DNA from: Tabrizicola sp.
GTDB lineage: Bacteria > Pseudomonadota > Alphaproteobacteria > Rhodobacterales > Rhodobacteraceae
NCBI GenBank assembly: GCA_046294075.1
Contig: JBKBJC010000004.1
Coordinates: 5,872-69,871, forward strand
Reading direction: 5' to 3'
DNA: 64,000 bases
Shown: piece after piece, positions 48,996 through 58,888 of the stretch
Layout: each line of letters begins with the position of its first letter
Numbering within the stretch: position 1 is the stretch's first letter
Made by a program: the position numbers and the translations under genes
Notes under the pieces: model-generated
What the model was told of the DNA's origin: nothing
The model's input: only the letters and a program-made list of their open reading frames with translations
The model's database searches: none

Positions 48996-49432
48996 GCCTT
49001 CAGCAGACTGGCGATCCGGCGCAGCGCCAGCAGATACCCCTCGGTCCCGCAGCCCGCGATCACCCCGTCGGCCCGCGCCGAGACGTAAGAGTGATGCCGG
49101 AACGCCTCGCGCTTGTGGATGTTCGAGATATGCACCTCGATCACCGGCCCGTCATAGGCGTTCAGCGCGTCCAGGATCGCGACCGAGGTATGCGAATAGG
49201 CGCCCGGGTTGATGATGATCCCGGCCGAGGTTCCCCGCGCCTCGTGGATCCAGTCCACCAGTTGCCCCTCGTGGTTCGATTGCAGCGCCCTTACGCGCAG
49301 GTCCAGCTCCTCGGCCAGGTCCGAGACCTTGGCGGCCACATCCTCCAGCGTCTCGCGGCCGTAGATTTCGGGCTGGCGCAGGCCGAGAAGGTTCAGGTTG
49401 GGGCCGTTCAGAAGGGTGACAAGCTTGGGCAT
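48992..49432 (-). CDS. aroQ: Type II 3-dehydroquinate dehydratase
   Basis: [24 protein letters not shown] and [11 protein letters not shown] motifs. Confidence 0.96.
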   Translation of the reverse strand: MPKLVTLLNGPNLNLLGLRQPEIYGRETLEDVAAKVSDLAEELDLRVRALQSNHEGQLVDWIHEARGTSAGIIINPGAYSHTSVAILDALNAYDGPVIEVHISNIHKREAFRHHSYVSARADGVIAGCGTEGYLLALRRIASLLKA

Positions 49433-49579
49433 GGGGGTTCCGCCGGATGGGTCCGCGCGAGATTAGCCGATATGCCCCCGCGGGCAACGGACAAAAAGAT
49501 GGCGGCTTTCCGGGCACCTGCTGGGGACAGGTCGGAAAGCCGCCCAGGGAGACGACGGTCACCCCTGCGGGGTCGAATT

Positions 49580-50446
49580 TCAGGCCACCTTCTCCAGCAC
49601 CACCTGCGGCTGGATACCCAGGGCGCGGACGACCTCGCGCGTCAGGTCGGGCCGGTTCAGCGTGTAGAAATGCAGATCCTCCACTCCGCCCTGGATCAGC
49701 TTGTCGCAGAGCTGCGTGCAGTGGGTCAGGGCGAGCAGTTCCTCGCGCCCGTCACGGGCAGCGGTCGCAAAGGCCTCGTCCAGCCGCGCAGGCACGCTCG
49801 CCCCGCAGCGGCGGGCGAATTTCTTCGCGCCTTCCCAGCTGGTGATCGGCAGGATGCCGGGGATGATCGGCGCGTCGATCCCCGCCTTCACGCAGGCATC
49901 GCGGAAACGGAAGAAGGTGTCGGCCTCGAAGAAGAACTGGGTGATCGCGCTGGATGCACCCGCGTCGATCTTGCGCTTCAGCCAGGTCACGTCCGAGCTG
50001 GCATCGGCCGCATCCGGGTGCGGCTCCGGGTAGGCGCCCACGCGGATCGTGAACTTGCCGGTGCGGGCCAGCTTCTCCACCAGCTCTACCGAATTGGCAA
50101 AGCCAAGGGGGTGCGGGACAAAGCGTTGTGCGCCCTTGGGGGCATCGCCGCGCAGGGCCACGATTTCGGTCACGCCGGCGGCGGCATAAGCTTCGGCAAT
50201 CGCCAGCGTCTCGGTCCGCGTGGCATCGACGCAGGTCAGATGCGCCGCGACCGTCAGGCCATAGTTGCGATGGATGGTCGAGACCGCCTCATGCGTCAGC
50301 GTCCGCGTCGTGCCGCCGGCGCCGTAGGTGACAGAAACGAACGAAGGCTGCATCGGCGCCAGCGCCTGCACCGTTTCCCACAGCCGGAACGAGGCATCCA
50401 GCGACTGCGGCGGGAAGAATTCGAAACTGATACGCGGCGAGGTCAT
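49580..50446 (-). CDS. metF: 5,10-methylenetetrahydrofolate reductase
   Basis: SFEFFPP, SVTYGAGG, AHLTCV, ITQFFF and HFYTLN motifs. Confidence 0.96.
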   Translation of the reverse strand: MTSPRISFEFFPPQSLDASFRLWETVQALAPMQPSFVSVTYGAGGTTRTLTHEAVSTIHRNYGLTVAAHLTCVDATRTETLAIAEAYAAAGVTEIVALRGDAPKGAQRFVPHPLGFANSVELVEKLARTGKFTIRVGAYPEPHPDAADASSDVTWLKRKIDAGASSAITQFFFEADTFFRFRDACVKAGIDAPIIPGILPITSWEGAKKFARRCGASVPARLDEAFATAARDGREELLALTHCTQLCDKLIQGGVEDLHFYTLNRPDLTREVVRALGIQPQVVLEKVA

Positions 50447-50489
50447 GACAGGCTCCTTCGGATGCGCTCTTGTCGCAGATTTGGTTATG

Positions 50490-50533
50490 TGAGACCAATT
50501 CATAGTTTTCACGATCTTCATGAGGTCCCTTCA
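50490..50533. promoter_or_regulatory. Two MetR-type boxes
   Basis: TGAG-ACCAA-TTCA (50490-50502) and TGAG-GTCCC-TTCA (50521-50533), cf. TGAA-N5-TTCA. Confidence 0.6.
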
Positions 50534-51438
50534 TGTATATCGAGCTGCGCCACCTGCGCACGATCCGCGCCATCCAGCAGGCCGGGGGGCTGGCCCGGGC
50601 GGCGGACATGCTTAACATGACACAGTCCGCCCTCAGCCATCAGGTGAAGGGGCTGGAGGATCAGGCGGGAATGGAGTTGTTCGTGCGCCGGTCGAAGCCC
50701 ATGCGCCTCTCGGCGGCTGGCCTCAGGATGCTGCGCGCGGCCGAGCGCATCCTGCCCGAGATCGACGCGATGGAAGAGGAATTCCGCGCGCTGCGGGCAG
50801 GGCGGACGGGGCGGCTGCACATCGCCATCGAATGCCACGCCTGTTTCGACTGGCTGTTTCCGGTGCTGGAGCTCTTTCGCCACGCCTGGCCCGAGATCGA
50901 CGTGGACATCCGGGCAGGTTTGGCCTTCGAGGCCCTGCCGGCGCTGAACCGCGAGGATGTGGACCTCGTCATCTCCTCCGACCGCGAACCGCCCCCGGGG
51001 ATCGTGTTCAATCCGCTGTTCGACTATCACCCGACCTTCGTCGCCTCGTCGCAGAACCCGCTGGCCGAGAAGGCATTCATCACAGCCGAGGATTTCCGCG
51101 ACCAGGTCCTCATCACCTACCCTGTCAGCCGCGACAAGCTGGATGTGTTCACCGAAATCCTGACGCCTGCCAAGGTGGAACCGCGCGCCCAGCGAACGGC
51201 GGAGCTGACGGCGGTGATCCTGATGCTGGTAGGGTCGAACCGGGGGGTGGCGGTGCTGCCCGACTGGGTGATGCGCGAGGTCAGGACCAACGCCGACTAC
51301 ATCACGCGGCCACTGGGCCCCGACCCGGTGACCAAGCGCATGTATGCCGCCACGCGCGAGGAGGATGCCGCCAAACCCTACATCGCACATTTCCTGCGCC
51401 TCGCCCGGTCGGAACCGGTCAAGCTGCAACGCGGCTGA
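50533..51438 (+). CDS. metR: LysR regulator MetR
   Basis: IELRHLRT, TQSALSHQ and IAIECHACFDWL motifs; divergent from metF. Confidence 0.92.
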   Translation: MYIELRHLRTIRAIQQAGGLARAADMLNMTQSALSHQVKGLEDQAGMELFVRRSKPMRLSAAGLRMLRAAERILPEIDAMEEEFRALRAGRTGRLHIAIECHACFDWLFPVLELFRHAWPEIDVDIRAGLAFEALPALNREDVDLVISSDREPPPGIVFNPLFDYHPTFVASSQNPLAEKAFITAEDFRDQVLITYPVSRDKLDVFTEILTPAKVEPRAQRTAELTAVILMLVGSNRGVAVLPDWVMREVRTNADYITRPLGPDPVTKRMYAATREEDAAKPYIAHFLRLARSEPVKLQRG

Positions 51439-51459
51439 CCGCCCGCCCGCCTTGCATCC

Positions 51460-51727
51460 GCAGCGTCACCACCGGCCACAGCGACAGGACCCAAAGCCCC
51501 GCCATGGTCCGGTTGAACAGCGCCAGCCGCCCCGGAGCCTCCAGCCAGCGCCGCACCCTCTGCCCCGCCCCGGCCCAGATCGACACTGACGGCAGGTTGA
51601 CGCCGGCAAAGACTCCCGCCACCGCCGCATAGGCCCGTGGCGACGGCTCGGCCACACAGGCCGACATCGCGCCCAGCGCCATCGCCGAGGCCTTGGGGTT
51701 CACCCACTGGAAAGCCGCCGCGTGCAG
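51460..51727 (-). pseudogene. C-terminal remnant of a LysE family exporter
   Basis: LHAAAFQWVNPKASAMALG...GVNLPSVSIWA..G...FNRTMA; no N-terminal half. Confidence 0.75.
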
Positions 51728-52054
51728 GCGCTTGAACGCGCCGGCATCATCCGCGGCTGCCGCGCCGGGCTCGACCCGGAAAAGCTGGGCGCAGGCTTTG
51801 TCGCCTATGTCACCGTCGGGCTCGGCACCCACACCAAGACCGCGCAAGAGGCTTTCGAACGTGCCGTCGCCCGCGCCCCGGAGGTGCGCGAGTTCCACAA
51901 CATCACCGGCACCGTCGAATGCCTGCTGCGGGTCAAGACGGCGGACCTTGTCGCCTACAAGCACTGGCATACCGAGGTTCTGGGCACCCTGCCCCAGGTT
52001 CGCGCCATCACCACCTTTGTCGTGATGGACAGCCCCAAGGACGACCGCGCCTAG
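51716..52054 (+). pseudogene. Lrp/AsnC regulator remnant lacking most of the HTH
   Basis: Begins abruptly at RRVQALERAGII; RAM domain ...HNITG...LLRV...DL..YK..HTEVLG.LPQV. Confidence 0.78.
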
Positions 52055-52392
52055 GCGATCAGCCGGTCAAGGCCCTCTGCCATGGCAAAATCCACCTCGG
52101 ACAATCCGCCGATGTCATGCGTGGTGTAGGTGACGCGGCAATAGCCCCAGCCAAAGGCGATGTCCGGGTGATGCCCGGTCTTTTCGCCATACCAGGCCAG
52201 CATGTTCGCCAGTTGAACGGGCTTGGCAAAACCCTTGAAGGCAAAGCTGCGGGTGATGCGGCCCGCATCGTCATCCAGTTGCCAATCGCCGTGCAGCCCC
52301 GCCATCCGGGCACGGCAGTCATTTGCCTCCAGCCGGGGGGTGACCGAAGAACAGGGCAGGCAGACCGGTGCACTCGTTTCGGTGGTGGTCAT
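52051..52392 (-). CDS. phhB: Pterin-4a-carbinolamine dehydratase
   Basis: GHHPDIAFGWG, YTTHDIGGLS..DF.MA motifs. Confidence 0.92.
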   Translation of the reverse strand: MTTTETSAPVCLPCSSVTPRLEANDCRARMAGLHGDWQLDDDAGRITRSFAFKGFAKPVQLANMLAWYGEKTGHHPDIAFGWGYCRVTYTTHDIGGLSEVDFAMAEGLDRLIA

Positions 52393-52393
52393 C

Positions 52394-53191
52394 TTACGCG
52401 CATTCCAGCTTTGGCGGGTATTTCGGGGCATGCAGCCCCAGCCGCCGCGCCGCGGCCACATCGGCCAGAAGGTCGCGCCCGGCGGCTATGAACAGGTCAT
52501 CCAGCCGCTCGATGACGAAATAGACCGGCTGATGGATGTCGATCCGGTAGGGCGTGCGCAGCATGTCGATCACGTCGAACGGGCGCAGTTCCGGCTGCCC
52601 CTTGCCCTGCCCCATCGCCCAGACCAGTTCGGACGGGGACGATGCCAGCCCCGACCCCAGCGCCTTGATCGCGCCGGCCTCGACCGTCAGGCCGAACTCG
52701 ATGGAAAACCAGTACAGCCGGATCAGCCAGGCATGGTCCTCCTTGGCCGCCCGCAGCCCGGCCTCTCCGATCGCCTGCGAGAATCCGGCAAATCGCGGGT
52801 CGGTCAACAGCGGCGCATGGCCGAAGATCTCGTGAAAGATGTCCGGCTCCTCGATATAGTCGAAATCCCTCCGGTTGCGGATGAAGCTTGCTGCGGGGAA
52901 CCGGCGGTCAGCCAGCATCCGGAAAAAGCGCCCGAACGAGATCAGCGCCGGCACGGGTTCCACCGCCCAGCCGGTCAGGTCCCGCAGCCGCGCCGACAGG
53001 TCCGGGCACTGCGGCACCCGGTCCCGCGGCATCTGCAACAGGTCCAGTCCGCGCAGATAGGGCTGTGCGGCATGACGTTGCACCATCGGCCACTGCCGCG
53101 CGACCAGATCCTGCCAGACGGCATCTTCTTCGGCCGTATAGGCGATGTAGCCCGCCGCATCCGCGGTCTTGGCGGCATAGCTTGTCGGCAT
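52394..53191 (-). CDS. phhA: Phenylalanine 4-monooxygenase
   Basis: DYIEEPDIFHEIFGH, LYWFSIEFGL and RTPYRIDI.QP.YF motifs. Confidence 0.95.
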   Translation of the reverse strand: MPTSYAAKTADAAGYIAYTAEEDAVWQDLVARQWPMVQRHAAQPYLRGLDLLQMPRDRVPQCPDLSARLRDLTGWAVEPVPALISFGRFFRMLADRRFPAASFIRNRRDFDYIEEPDIFHEIFGHAPLLTDPRFAGFSQAIGEAGLRAAKEDHAWLIRLYWFSIEFGLTVEAGAIKALGSGLASSPSELVWAMGQGKGQPELRPFDVIDMLRTPYRIDIHQPVYFVIERLDDLFIAAGRDLLADVAAARRLGLHAPKYPPKLECA

Positions 53192-53324
53192 GGCGGCTCC
53201 TCCAGCAGCTTTTGAAGAAAGCCTTGCCCATTTCAGCCGAAATGATCTTTCCATGATAGGTCAAATCCGTCCAGAATTGGCATGGCATACCCTGAAAGAC
53301 GGAAATCTTGGAAAACGATGCCTC

Positions 53325-53786
53325 ATGCAGCTTGACGACGCCGACCGCCGCATCCTCGCCGCCCTGCAACGCGACAGCACGCTGTCGGTTCAGGCCCTTG
53401 CCGACATCGCGGGCATTTCCCCCTCGCCCTGCTGGCGCAGGGTCAAGGCCCTGCGCGACGCCGGGGTGATCCGGGCCGAGGTCGCCCTCCTCGATCGCCG
53501 CAAGCTTGGCATGGCCACGCTCGCCTACATCCACCTCTCGCTGGTCGATCACCACGAGACCACGATCCGCAAGCTGGAGGATTTCGTCCTGCGCCACGAC
53601 CGCATCGTGGAATGCGCCACGATCACCGGCTCTGACGACTATGTCATCAAGGTCCTGGCCCGCGACCCCGAGGACCTGGAACAGTTCCTGATGAAGGATC
53701 TTCTGCCCCTTGGCCTGGTCCGCGCCTCGACCACCCATTTCGTCCTGCGCCAGACCAAGTATACGACAGCCGTCCCGCTGGATTGA
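53325..53786 (+). CDS. Lrp/AsnC regulator divergent from phhA
   Basis: LDDADRRIL..LQ...ISPSPCWRRVK HTH. Confidence 0.9.
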   Translation: MQLDDADRRILAALQRDSTLSVQALADIAGISPSPCWRRVKALRDAGVIRAEVALLDRRKLGMATLAYIHLSLVDHHETTIRKLEDFVLRHDRIVECATITGSDDYVIKVLARDPEDLEQFLMKDLLPLGLVRASTTHFVLRQTKYTTAVPLD

Positions 53787-53832
53787 CAACGGCCCCAAAC
53801 CCGCCACCCTTGGCACGAAAAAGGGGGCCTTG

Positions 53833-54282
53833 ATGACCGTCTGCTTCACCACCGACCGCATGCTGCATTTCGGCGATTGCGACATTTCCGGCACCGCCTA
53901 TTACCCGGCCTACCTGAACATGCTGAACGGCGTGGTCGAGGAGTTCTGGGCCCATATCGGCTGGCCCTGGCACGAGATCATCTGGAACGAACGCTGGGGC
54001 ACGCCCACGGTGCATCTGTCCTGCGACTTTTCCAAGCCTTCGTTCTTCGGCGACAGGCTGACCTTCCGGCTGACCGTGGTGAAGGTCGGCAAGTCCTCGG
54101 TCAGGCTTCACCACACCATCCACTGCGGGCCGGAACACCGCTTGTCGGTCGAACAGGTGCTGGCGGCAAGCTGGCTGGACAAGCACACCTCGATGCCCTG
54201 GCCGCCCGAGGTCAAGGCGAAACTGGAAAGCCTGATGACCCCGCCTGACCCGGACCGCCGCGCTGTCGGCAGACCGGACTAG
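53833..54282 (+). CDS. 4HBT-like acyl-CoA thioesterase
   Basis: FGDCDISGTAYYPAY hotdog-fold motif. Confidence 0.85.
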   Translation: MTVCFTTDRMLHFGDCDISGTAYYPAYLNMLNGVVEEFWAHIGWPWHEIIWNERWGTPTVHLSCDFSKPSFFGDRLTFRLTVVKVGKSSVRLHHTIHCGPEHRLSVEQVLAASWLDKHTSMPWPPEVKAKLESLMTPPDPDRRAVGRPD

Positions 54283-56039
54283 CTGCGCGCCGCAACCGCG
54301 TGCTCGGCATTGCCGATGATCAGGCTCTTGCCGGAATAGATGTCCCCCGTCGTCTGCAGGGCCAGCCGTTCCGCGTCGCGGCGCAGGATGCCCTCCCGGA
54401 TCGCGCCGATCTCGTCAGGATCCACCCCCAGCACTTCCAGCGCCTCGCCGCCCAGCGCGAGCGCCGAGTGGAACACCTCGCGCGTCTGGTGGTCCACGCC
54501 CTCGCGGATCAGTTCCAGCGCATGCGCCCGGTCCCAGGCGCGGGCCAGCACCACGGCGCCGGGAAACTCATGGCGAACCAGCCGCGCGATCCGCGTGGTC
54601 ACCTCCTTGCGGTCGGTGGCCACGATCACCGCCCGCGCCGTCCCCGCCCCGGCCGCGTGCAGGATGTCCAGCCGCGTGCCGTCGCCGAACCAGACCTTGA
54701 ATCCGAAACTCTCGGCCGCGCGGATCATCTCGGGGTCGTCGTCGATGATTGTGATCGCGCAGCGCCGCGCCAGCAGCGGCTGGCTCGCGATCTGGCCAAA
54801 GCGGCCGAAGCCGATGATGAGGACCGCGCCCGACAACCCCTCCGGCGCCTCGACCCCCTCGACCGAAACCTGCGCCAGCGGGCGGAAGTGGTCATGCAGG
54901 ATCACCATCAGCGGCGTCATCACCATCGAAAGGATGATGATGGCGTTGAGGATGGCGTTCTCCTCCAGTGACAATAGCCCCACCGCCAGCGCGGCGGAAT
55001 ACAGGACAAAGGCAAACTCGCCGCCCTGGGCCATCAGCACAGTGCGCTCCAGCGCCTCGGCATGAGAGGCCTTCATCAGTCGGGCCACGCTGTAGATGAT
55101 CCCCGATTTCAGCACCATGAATGCTGCGACGCTGACCGCGACCAGCTGCCAGTTCTGCGCGATCACCGACAGGTCCAGCGCCATGCCCACGGCCAGGAAG
55201 AACAGCCCCAGAAGGATTCCCCGGAACGGCTCCACATCCGCCTCAAGCTGGTGACGGAAACTCGATTCAGACAGCAGCACCCCGGCGAGGAAGGCCCCCA
55301 TCGCCAGCGAAAGGCCGCCCAGCTGCATCCACAGGGCAGACCCCAGAACGACCAGCAACGCCGCCGCCGTCATCACCTCGCGCGCCCGGGACGCCGCCAG
55401 AAGCCGGAACATCGGGTTCAAGAGGTAGATCCCCGCCACGACCAGCGCCGCGATGGCGCCAAGGCCGATCCCCACCCCCATCAGCCGGTCGGCCAGTGTC
55501 ACCTGCTCGCCCCCCGGCGCCAGGAAGGCGACCAGCGCCAGAAGGGGCACGATGGCCAGGTCCTCCAGCAAGAGGATCGACACGATCCGCTGCCCCCTCG
55601 GCGCCGATATGGCGCCGCGCTCCTGCAACATCTGCATCACGATGGCGGTCGAAGTCAGCGTGAACCCGGCGCCGGCGATCAGCGATCCGGCATAGGGATA
55701 GCCGAGCACAAGGCCGACGAGGCTCAGGACCGCGACGCAGACGAGAACCTGCATGAGGCCCAGCCCGAAGATGTCCCGCCGCATCGCCCACAGCTTCGAC
55801 GGCTCCATCTCCAGACCGATGATGAACAGGAACATCACGACGCCCAGCTCGGCCACATGCAGGATCGCCATCGGGTCCGAGAAGAGGCCAAGCCCGAACG
55901 GCCCGATCGCCAGCCCCGCCGCGAGGTAGCCCAGCACCGACCCCAGCCCGATCCGCTTGAAAACCGGCACCGCAACCACCGCCGAGCCCAGAAGCGTGAC
56001 CACCGAGACGAGATCCACCCCTGCCGATTCCGTTGCCAT
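54279..56039 (-). CDS. CPA2 family K+/H+ antiporter, KefB/KefC-like
   Basis: GLGSVLGYL, HQLEADVEPFRG, QGGEFAFV and KTN GFGRFG motifs. Confidence 0.9.
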   Translation of the reverse strand: MATESAGVDLVSVVTLLGSAVVAVPVFKRIGLGSVLGYLAAGLAIGPFGLGLFSDPMAILHVAELGVVMFLFIIGLEMEPSKLWAMRRDIFGLGLMQVLVCVAVLSLVGLVLGYPYAGSLIAGAGFTLTSTAIVMQMLQERGAISAPRGQRIVSILLLEDLAIVPLLALVAFLAPGGEQVTLADRLMGVGIGLGAIAALVVAGIYLLNPMFRLLAASRAREVMTAAALLVVLGSALWMQLGGLSLAMGAFLAGVLLSESSFRHQLEADVEPFRGILLGLFFLAVGMALDLSVIAQNWQLVAVSVAAFMVLKSGIIYSVARLMKASHAEALERTVLMAQGGEFAFVLYSAALAVGLLSLEENAILNAIIILSMVMTPLMVILHDHFRPLAQVSVEGVEAPEGLSGAVLIIGFGRFGQIASQPLLARRCAITIIDDDPEMIRAAESFGFKVWFGDGTRLDILHAAGAGTARAVIVATDRKEVTTRIARLVRHEFPGAVVLARAWDRAHALELIREGVDHQTREVFHSALALGGEALEVLGVDPDEIGAIREGILRRDAERLALQTTGDIYSGKSLIIGNAEHAVAARS

Positions 56040-56137
56040 GCCGATGCTCCCCTGCCGATGGCGCAGGCTGTCCCGCCGCCGATCCGCACGCAACCGGAAA
56101 ACCGCCGCAGGTCGGGGCTTGCCCCGCCGCCCCCGTC

Positions 56138-56551
56138 CTACCCCGCGAAAACGCTCTCCATCTGGGCAAAGCCCTTCACCTCGATGGGATTGCCGCTCGG
56201 ATCGCGGAAGAACATCGTCCACTGCTCGCCCGGCTGCCCCGCGAACCTGACCTGCGGCGGCAGGACGAACGCCACCCCCGCCGCCGTCAGCCGTTCCGCC
56301 AGATCTCGCCAGTCCGGCAGGTGCAGGACCAGCCCCAGATGCGGCATCGGGACCATGTGGTCGCCCACTCTCCCGGTGTCGGTGGTGGCGAAGGGTGTCC
56401 CGAGATGCAGGCTGATCTGGTGGCCGAAGAAATCGAAATCGACCCAGGTCTCGGTGCTGCGCCCCTCGCGGCACCCCATCACACCGCCATAGAAGGCGCG
56501 GGCCTCGTCAAGGCTGGTGACGTGATAGGCCAGATGGAAGGGGGTCAGCAT
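56138..56551 (-). CDS. VOC/glyoxalase family protein
   Basis: PFHLAYHV, DFDFFGHQ and TMFFRDPSGNPIEVK motifs. Confidence 0.9.
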   Translation of the reverse strand: MLTPFHLAYHVTSLDEARAFYGGVMGCREGRSTETWVDFDFFGHQISLHLGTPFATTDTGRVGDHMVPMPHLGLVLHLPDWRDLAERLTAAGVAFVLPPQVRFAGQPGEQWTMFFRDPSGNPIEVKGFAQMESVFAG

Positions 56552-56771
56552 GAGGGGCACTCCTGTCAGCGGACCAATCCAACCATGCAGGGCCAAGAGC
56601 CGCAACAATCCTTCGCCGATCCGCAGCCGCCAAAGATGAACATTCCGTAAATCCCCGCAGCCAAGCCATTGTTTTCCTTATCTCGGCAAAGCCTGCCCAC
56701 CATGGACAGCTTGCCGTTGCCAGCCGCCGCGATCCCCCCTACCCTCACCGCCAGACAAGGGAGGACGACCC

Positions 56772-58061
56772 ATGACCGACAGACCCCTCGGTTTCGAGAC
56801 GCTTGCGATCCACGCCGGCACCGCGCCGGACCCCGCCACCGGCGCCCGGCAGGTGCCGATCTACCAGACCACCGCCTACGTTTTCCGCGATGCCGACCAC
56901 GCAGCCAAGCTCTTCAATCTGCAAGAGGTGGGCTACATCTACTCCCGCCTGACCAACCCCACCGTCTCGGCGCTCGCGAACCGGGTCGTGGCGCTGGAGG
57001 GCGGCGCGGGCGGGATCGCCTGCTCCTCGGGCCATGCGGCGCAGATCATGGCGCTCTTCCCGCTGATGCAGCCAGGCCGCAACATCGTCGCCTCGACCAA
57101 GCTTTACGGCGGGACGATCCAGCAGTTCTCCAACACCATCCGCAAGTTCGGCTGGTCGGCGAAGTTCGTCGATTTCGACGACCCGAAGGAAATCGAGCAG
57201 GCCATCGACGCCGACACCCGCGCGCTCTTCTGCGAGACGATCTGCAACCCGGGTGGAGCCCTCTCCGACCTCCCCGCCATCGCCCGCATCGCAAATCACG
57301 CGCATATCCCGCTGATCGTCGACAACACCACCGCCACGCCCTACCTCTGCCGCCCCATCGAACATGGCGCGACGCTGGTCGTCCATTCGGCCACCAAATA
57401 TCTGACCGGCAACGGCACCGTGACCGGCGGGATCGTGGTGGATTCGGGCAAGTTCGACTGGTCGAAGGACGACAAGTTCCCCTCGCTCTCGCAGCCCGAG
57501 CCCGCCTACCACGGCCTCGTCTTCCACCCGACGCTGGGGAACATGGCCTTCACCTTCCACTCCATCGCGATCGGCCTGCGCGACCTCGGCATGACGATGA
57601 ACCCGCAGGGGGCGCACTATACCCTCATGGGGATCGAGACGCTGGCCCTGCGGATGGAACGCCACGTCCAGAACGCGCAGATCGTGGCGGAATGGCTGGA
57701 GCAAGATCCCCGGATCGGCAAGGTCACTTACCCCGGCCTGAAATCCTCGCCCTATCACAAGCTGGCGCAGATGATCACGCCCAAGGGCCCCGGCGCGCTG
57801 TTCACCTTCTCGGTCAAGGGGGGCTACGAGGCCTGCGTCAGGCTGATCGACAACGTCAAGCTGTTCAGCCATGTCGCCAACCTCGGCGACACGCGCAGCC
57901 TCATCATCCACTCGGCCTCGACCACGCACCGGCAACTGTCGGAAGAGGCGCAGATCAAGGCGGGCGCCGCACCGGACGTGGTGCGGGTGTCGATCGGTAT
58001 CGAGGACGTGCGCGACATCATCGCCGATCTCGACCAGGCGCTGGCCAAGGCCACGGCCTGA
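56772..58061 (+). CDS. metY: O-acetylhomoserine aminocarboxypropyltransferase
   Basis: PIYQTTAY, YSRLTNPT, HSATKY and HVANLGD motifs. Confidence 0.9.
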   Translation: MTDRPLGFETLAIHAGTAPDPATGARQVPIYQTTAYVFRDADHAAKLFNLQEVGYIYSRLTNPTVSALANRVVALEGGAGGIACSSGHAAQIMALFPLMQPGRNIVASTKLYGGTIQQFSNTIRKFGWSAKFVDFDDPKEIEQAIDADTRALFCETICNPGGALSDLPAIARIANHAHIPLIVDNTTATPYLCRPIEHGATLVVHSATKYLTGNGTVTGGIVVDSGKFDWSKDDKFPSLSQPEPAYHGLVFHPTLGNMAFTFHSIAIGLRDLGMTMNPQGAHYTLMGIETLALRMERHVQNAQIVAEWLEQDPRIGKVTYPGLKSSPYHKLAQMITPKGPGALFTFSVKGGYEACVRLIDNVKLFSHVANLGDTRSLIIHSASTTHRQLSEEAQIKAGAAPDVVRVSIGIEDVRDIIADLDQALAKATA

Positions 58062-58084
58062 CCGGGACCACGCGTCCCGCCGCC

Positions 58085-58888
58085 TCAGCCCCCGGTCGCA
58101 GGGCCCAGTGGCGGGGCGATGAACATGCCCTTCGGCAGCGGGGCGAGCCAGGCGATCTGTGCCCGCGCCCGGACAGGCTGGTCAGGTGCCCAGTCCAGCG
58201 CGACCTGCACCACCCGGCAGATCCGTGCGTCGGCCCGCGCCGCGCAGGCCCCGGTTGCGGCGGACAGGGCGGCGGCGAGCGCGGACCCGGCGCTGGCGCT
58301 GCCCTCGGCTCCGGCCTCCAGCGTCAGCGCGACGCTGTCGCTGCGCAGGACATGCGCCCCAAGGTCGGGAAGATCCTCGGTGTCGGGCAGGCGATAGACG
58401 AGTTCCAGCCGGAACTGCGCCGTGCCGGCCACCGGATCGACGCTGCCCTCGACGACCCGCGCCGCATCGACCGCGCAATCGGTGGCCAGAGACTGCACCA
58501 GCACTTCGCACAACCCCTCGGCCACCATGGGCGCGCGGATGTCGGCCAGCACCTGAAGGTATTCGGGCTGCGGCAGGGTCTCGCCCTCGACCAGCAGGTC
58601 CGTGAGCCGGGCCTGCCGCGTCACCGTAACCCTCCGGCGTTCGGCGAAACGCTCTTGCGCCAGATAGGCCCGGACATCGTCCTGCGGCACCAGCCCGCCC
58701 GAAGGCGAGATCAGCCAGGTCTGTCGCGGCGGCGGCGGCGCGGCAGTGGCCGGCGTGCCCGCCTGGGGCGCCGGGGCGTCGGCAACGGCGGCTTCCACCT
58801 TGGGCATGGTCTGCCAGTACTGCCAGCCGGCAGCGCCGAAGCCCACCGCCATCAGCAAGACCCCGGTCCCGATCAGAAGGCGCAGCAT
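58085..58888 (-). CDS. Hypothetical membrane-anchored periplasmic protein
   Basis: N-terminal TM, Pro/Ala linker, four Cys; start overlaps the upstream stop (TGATG). Confidence 0.7.
   Translation of the reverse strand: MLRLLIGTGVLLMAVGFGAAGWQYWQTMPKVEAAVADAPAPQAGTPATAAPPPPRQTWLISPSGGLVPQDDVRAYLAQERFAERRRVTVTRQARLTDLLVEGETLPQPEYLQVLADIRAPMVAEGLCEVLVQSLATDCAVDAARVVEGSVDPVAGTAQFRLELVYRLPDTEDLPDLGAHVLRSDSVALTLEAGAEGSASAGSALAAALSAATGACAARADARICRVVQVALDWAPDQPVRARAQIAWLAPLPKGMFIAPPLGPATGG

Noticed and set aside
51419-51970. 183-aa minus-strand ORF as an intact gene
   Set aside because: Chimera of the antisense of the Lrp remnant and the LysE remnant.
56552-56771. Possible SAM-II or SAM-SAH riboswitch upstream of metY
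   Set aside because: I could not find the conserved cores by eye; an Infernal search would be needed to exclude it fully.
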